This document shows, piece after piece, positions 61,811 to 64,000 of a DNA stretch of 64,000 nucleotides. Location: contig WELA01003449.1 in NCBI GenBank assembly GCA_009602735.1, positions 118,948-182,947 on the forward strand, written 5' to 3'. Every line of letters begins with the position of its first letter. Within the stretch, counting starts at the first letter, position 1. Both the position numbers and the translations under genes were made by a program. Below the pieces are notes generated by a model. It did not search any database. It saw only the letters and a program-made list of their open reading frames with translations, and was not told the origin of the DNA. The stretch is from Mesotaenium endlicherianum (taxonomy: Eukaryota).

Positions 61811-64000
61811 CCGAAACCTTAAATCATAAAAAGCTCACACTCACCTTTCCCTGCTCAGGCTCCCAGCGATGCTTGCCACGGCAAGTCAACGCGCCCGTCA
61901 ACTCGTCGTCTATACACCTGGGCGAGCCCTCGGGAGGTGCAACGGGACGCCATTTAGAGTACCTCACCTGATTGACCTGGCCTGCCTGTAAAGCGCCAGC
62001 TGGCGATGGCACCAGGGTTGAGCTCCTCTGGACCATCTGTAGCGCGACAAGTAGCACATTCACAGTTACAGGCGCACATGTGCGCCCTGTTGACGGTCAG
62101 GCTGAGCTTCTGCGAGCTTGCTCTGCCCCATCCGTGACCTGCCCGCCCACTGCAGCGCCACTTGGCAATCTTTCTAGCCACACACACGGCCTCTGGCAGC
62201 ACTGAGCTCTGATGTGGCAGCTGCAAGAGTATGCCGCCCGGCACAAGCGCTGGATTGAGCCTCTGCTGCAGGCGACTGCTGCCACTTGTCGCTGCCGTGG
62301 GGCTGCTCGAGGACAGCTGGCACACGACCCTAAAGCCTGACGCTTCCTGGGTCTTGCGTGGGTGCCAGGCTGGCCCCACCTACACGCAGAGAGACAGCAG
62401 GCTCAGTCGGCTCCCTATGGGGGCCTGCCATGACGATCGAGAGGAGGGGGAAAAGGGGGCTACGGGTCTGCGGGAGACGAAGCCTGGCAGAGCTCAGGGC
62501 CGACAAGGGAGCGGGGCTTTGGCTCTATGATGAAGATTCTTCAGGTTGAGGCTGGAAGGATGCTTGGGGACAGAGGCTGAGGGCTGACCCTTAGAGAGCT
62601 ATGGCTACCATGCAGACAATGAAAAGGCGGGGGGAATCCAGGGGGGAAGGAGGGAGAGGGGATGCCACCNGGGGGGGGAGGGTTTGAGGGGGCTGTGTTT
62701 AAGAGCGAGAGATAGAGGGAGAGGGAGAACTACAGGCAGAGAAGTTATAAGTCCTGACATCGTAGGGGGCTTGTCACTTCTGGGTTCTCTCTCTCTCTCT
62801 CCCAACTTAAGTGGCTCTGCTGCCCCTGCAGGGAGGCCTGCACTGTCTGGTCCCGACAACTTCCAGGGCTGCGTGCACGCGCCACCTGGAAGCTGCCGGC
62901 TTGTTGCAGTGGCAGGGCCATGCGACGCCCCCCTCTGTCGACTTACTCTTGTATCCTACGATTCCGAAGCTCCTTCAAGCAAACACCGGGTTTTGTCCTT
63001 TGCTTAGTTAAGGCAGGTTTCAACCTGAACCCTATATTCTGAACCCTACGCCCAAGCTGTGACCTCAAGACTCACAACCGAAGACCCTCAATTCCCCTGA
63101 ACTCGCCGAAGGTTCTCTTAAAGTCCTGCCCCTCCTTATTTATGCCGACCGCATGCACAAGGGCAGGAAAACAATATAGAAAAAAAGAGGGCAGAAGATG
63201 CACACTCGCATCGATGCGCATAAAACGTGAAACTCCGGATGCTCAAAGACCTCAAAAGTCCTTTGCTGAAACAGGACACCCAACACCAGAGACCCAAAGC
63301 CCGAGCTTAGGCTCCCGCTCACAGCCCCCAGAATAGGGCCGCCAGCTAGCCAACCAGTCAGCCAGTTGACGCCAGCCAGGCTGGGATCAAGAGCTCTGAT
63401 CAGAAACGATGAGACTGTGCAGGAGGCTAAGAGAGGGAGAGGCGCAAAAGAAAGCTATGCGGGCACTACGCAGGCGTGGGTGGGGCGGGCAGGCAGGCGG
63501 TGGGCGGCTGCGGGGGGGCGGCAGGCAGGGGGGCGTGCGAATGGGCAGGCAAGCGGGCGGGCAGGCTTGCGTGTGATCACGAGCATGTGCGCACGGCTCC
63601 CTCCCTTCGGGGCTCGTATGGCGCTCCCACCCGCCTTGCCCCGAATCTCTGACTCGAGTCACTATGGCTTGTAAATTTCTTGCCCCAGAACTCTACGCCC
63701 GTGACCCTGGCCCTGAAGGCTGAAAGTCCAGCGTAAGCGTGAGCCTGCTCCTGCAGGACGTGGCTGCTATGCGTCTGCATTCACGTATACAGAACTGGGA
63801 GGGGGCGGGGGTGGGGGCGGGGGCGGGGTGGAGGGAGATGAGGGTGGGGTAGGGATGGTGCATGCCAAACGACACAGATACCCTTCGCCACCGCACACAT
63901 GCTTCTAGCTCCACCCCCGTATGAGCAGGGGCACGCGTGCGCTCGTGTGTGGGCTGTGTGTTTGCATCTGCGTGCTTTGCTTGCCCCAAAAAGCAGAATA

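Overview
Eukaryotic, intron-rich genomic DNA, most likely from a streptophyte green alga or non-flowering plant. This rests on a plant-type GRV2 gene, TTTAGGG-like motifs and plant-type LTR elements; the taxon is inferred. The left half (1-33 kb) holds two divergently transcribed multi-exon genes. One is the 5' part of GRV2/RME-8/DNAJC13 (minus strand, 18 exons in the window, running off the left edge). The other is a ~729-aa inward-rectifier (Kir/KirBac-like) channel whose selectivity filter reads TFGGS instead of TxGYG. The region 33.5-57.7 kb is a nested transposon cluster. It has two diverged, inverted, decayed copies of one unknown multi-exon gene, each running towards a CACTA/EnSpm-like TA|CACTGTAGAAAT end. 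It also has a GC-rich minisatellite split by a complete-ended Ty3/gypsy element (two LTRs, PBS, PPT, CAAGG TSD), a second gypsy LTR fragment, and a decayed DIRS-type tyrosine-recombinase retrotransposon (Gag-CCHC, RT, atypical RNase H, adenine-methyltransferase-like domain, YR). At 58.7-60.5 kb there is a spliced gene for a bacterial-type multi-pass membrane protein. The most unusual signal is a 10-bp degenerate palindrome, GMCANNTGKC, found more than 55 times by eye in host exons and introns and not seen in the transposon block.
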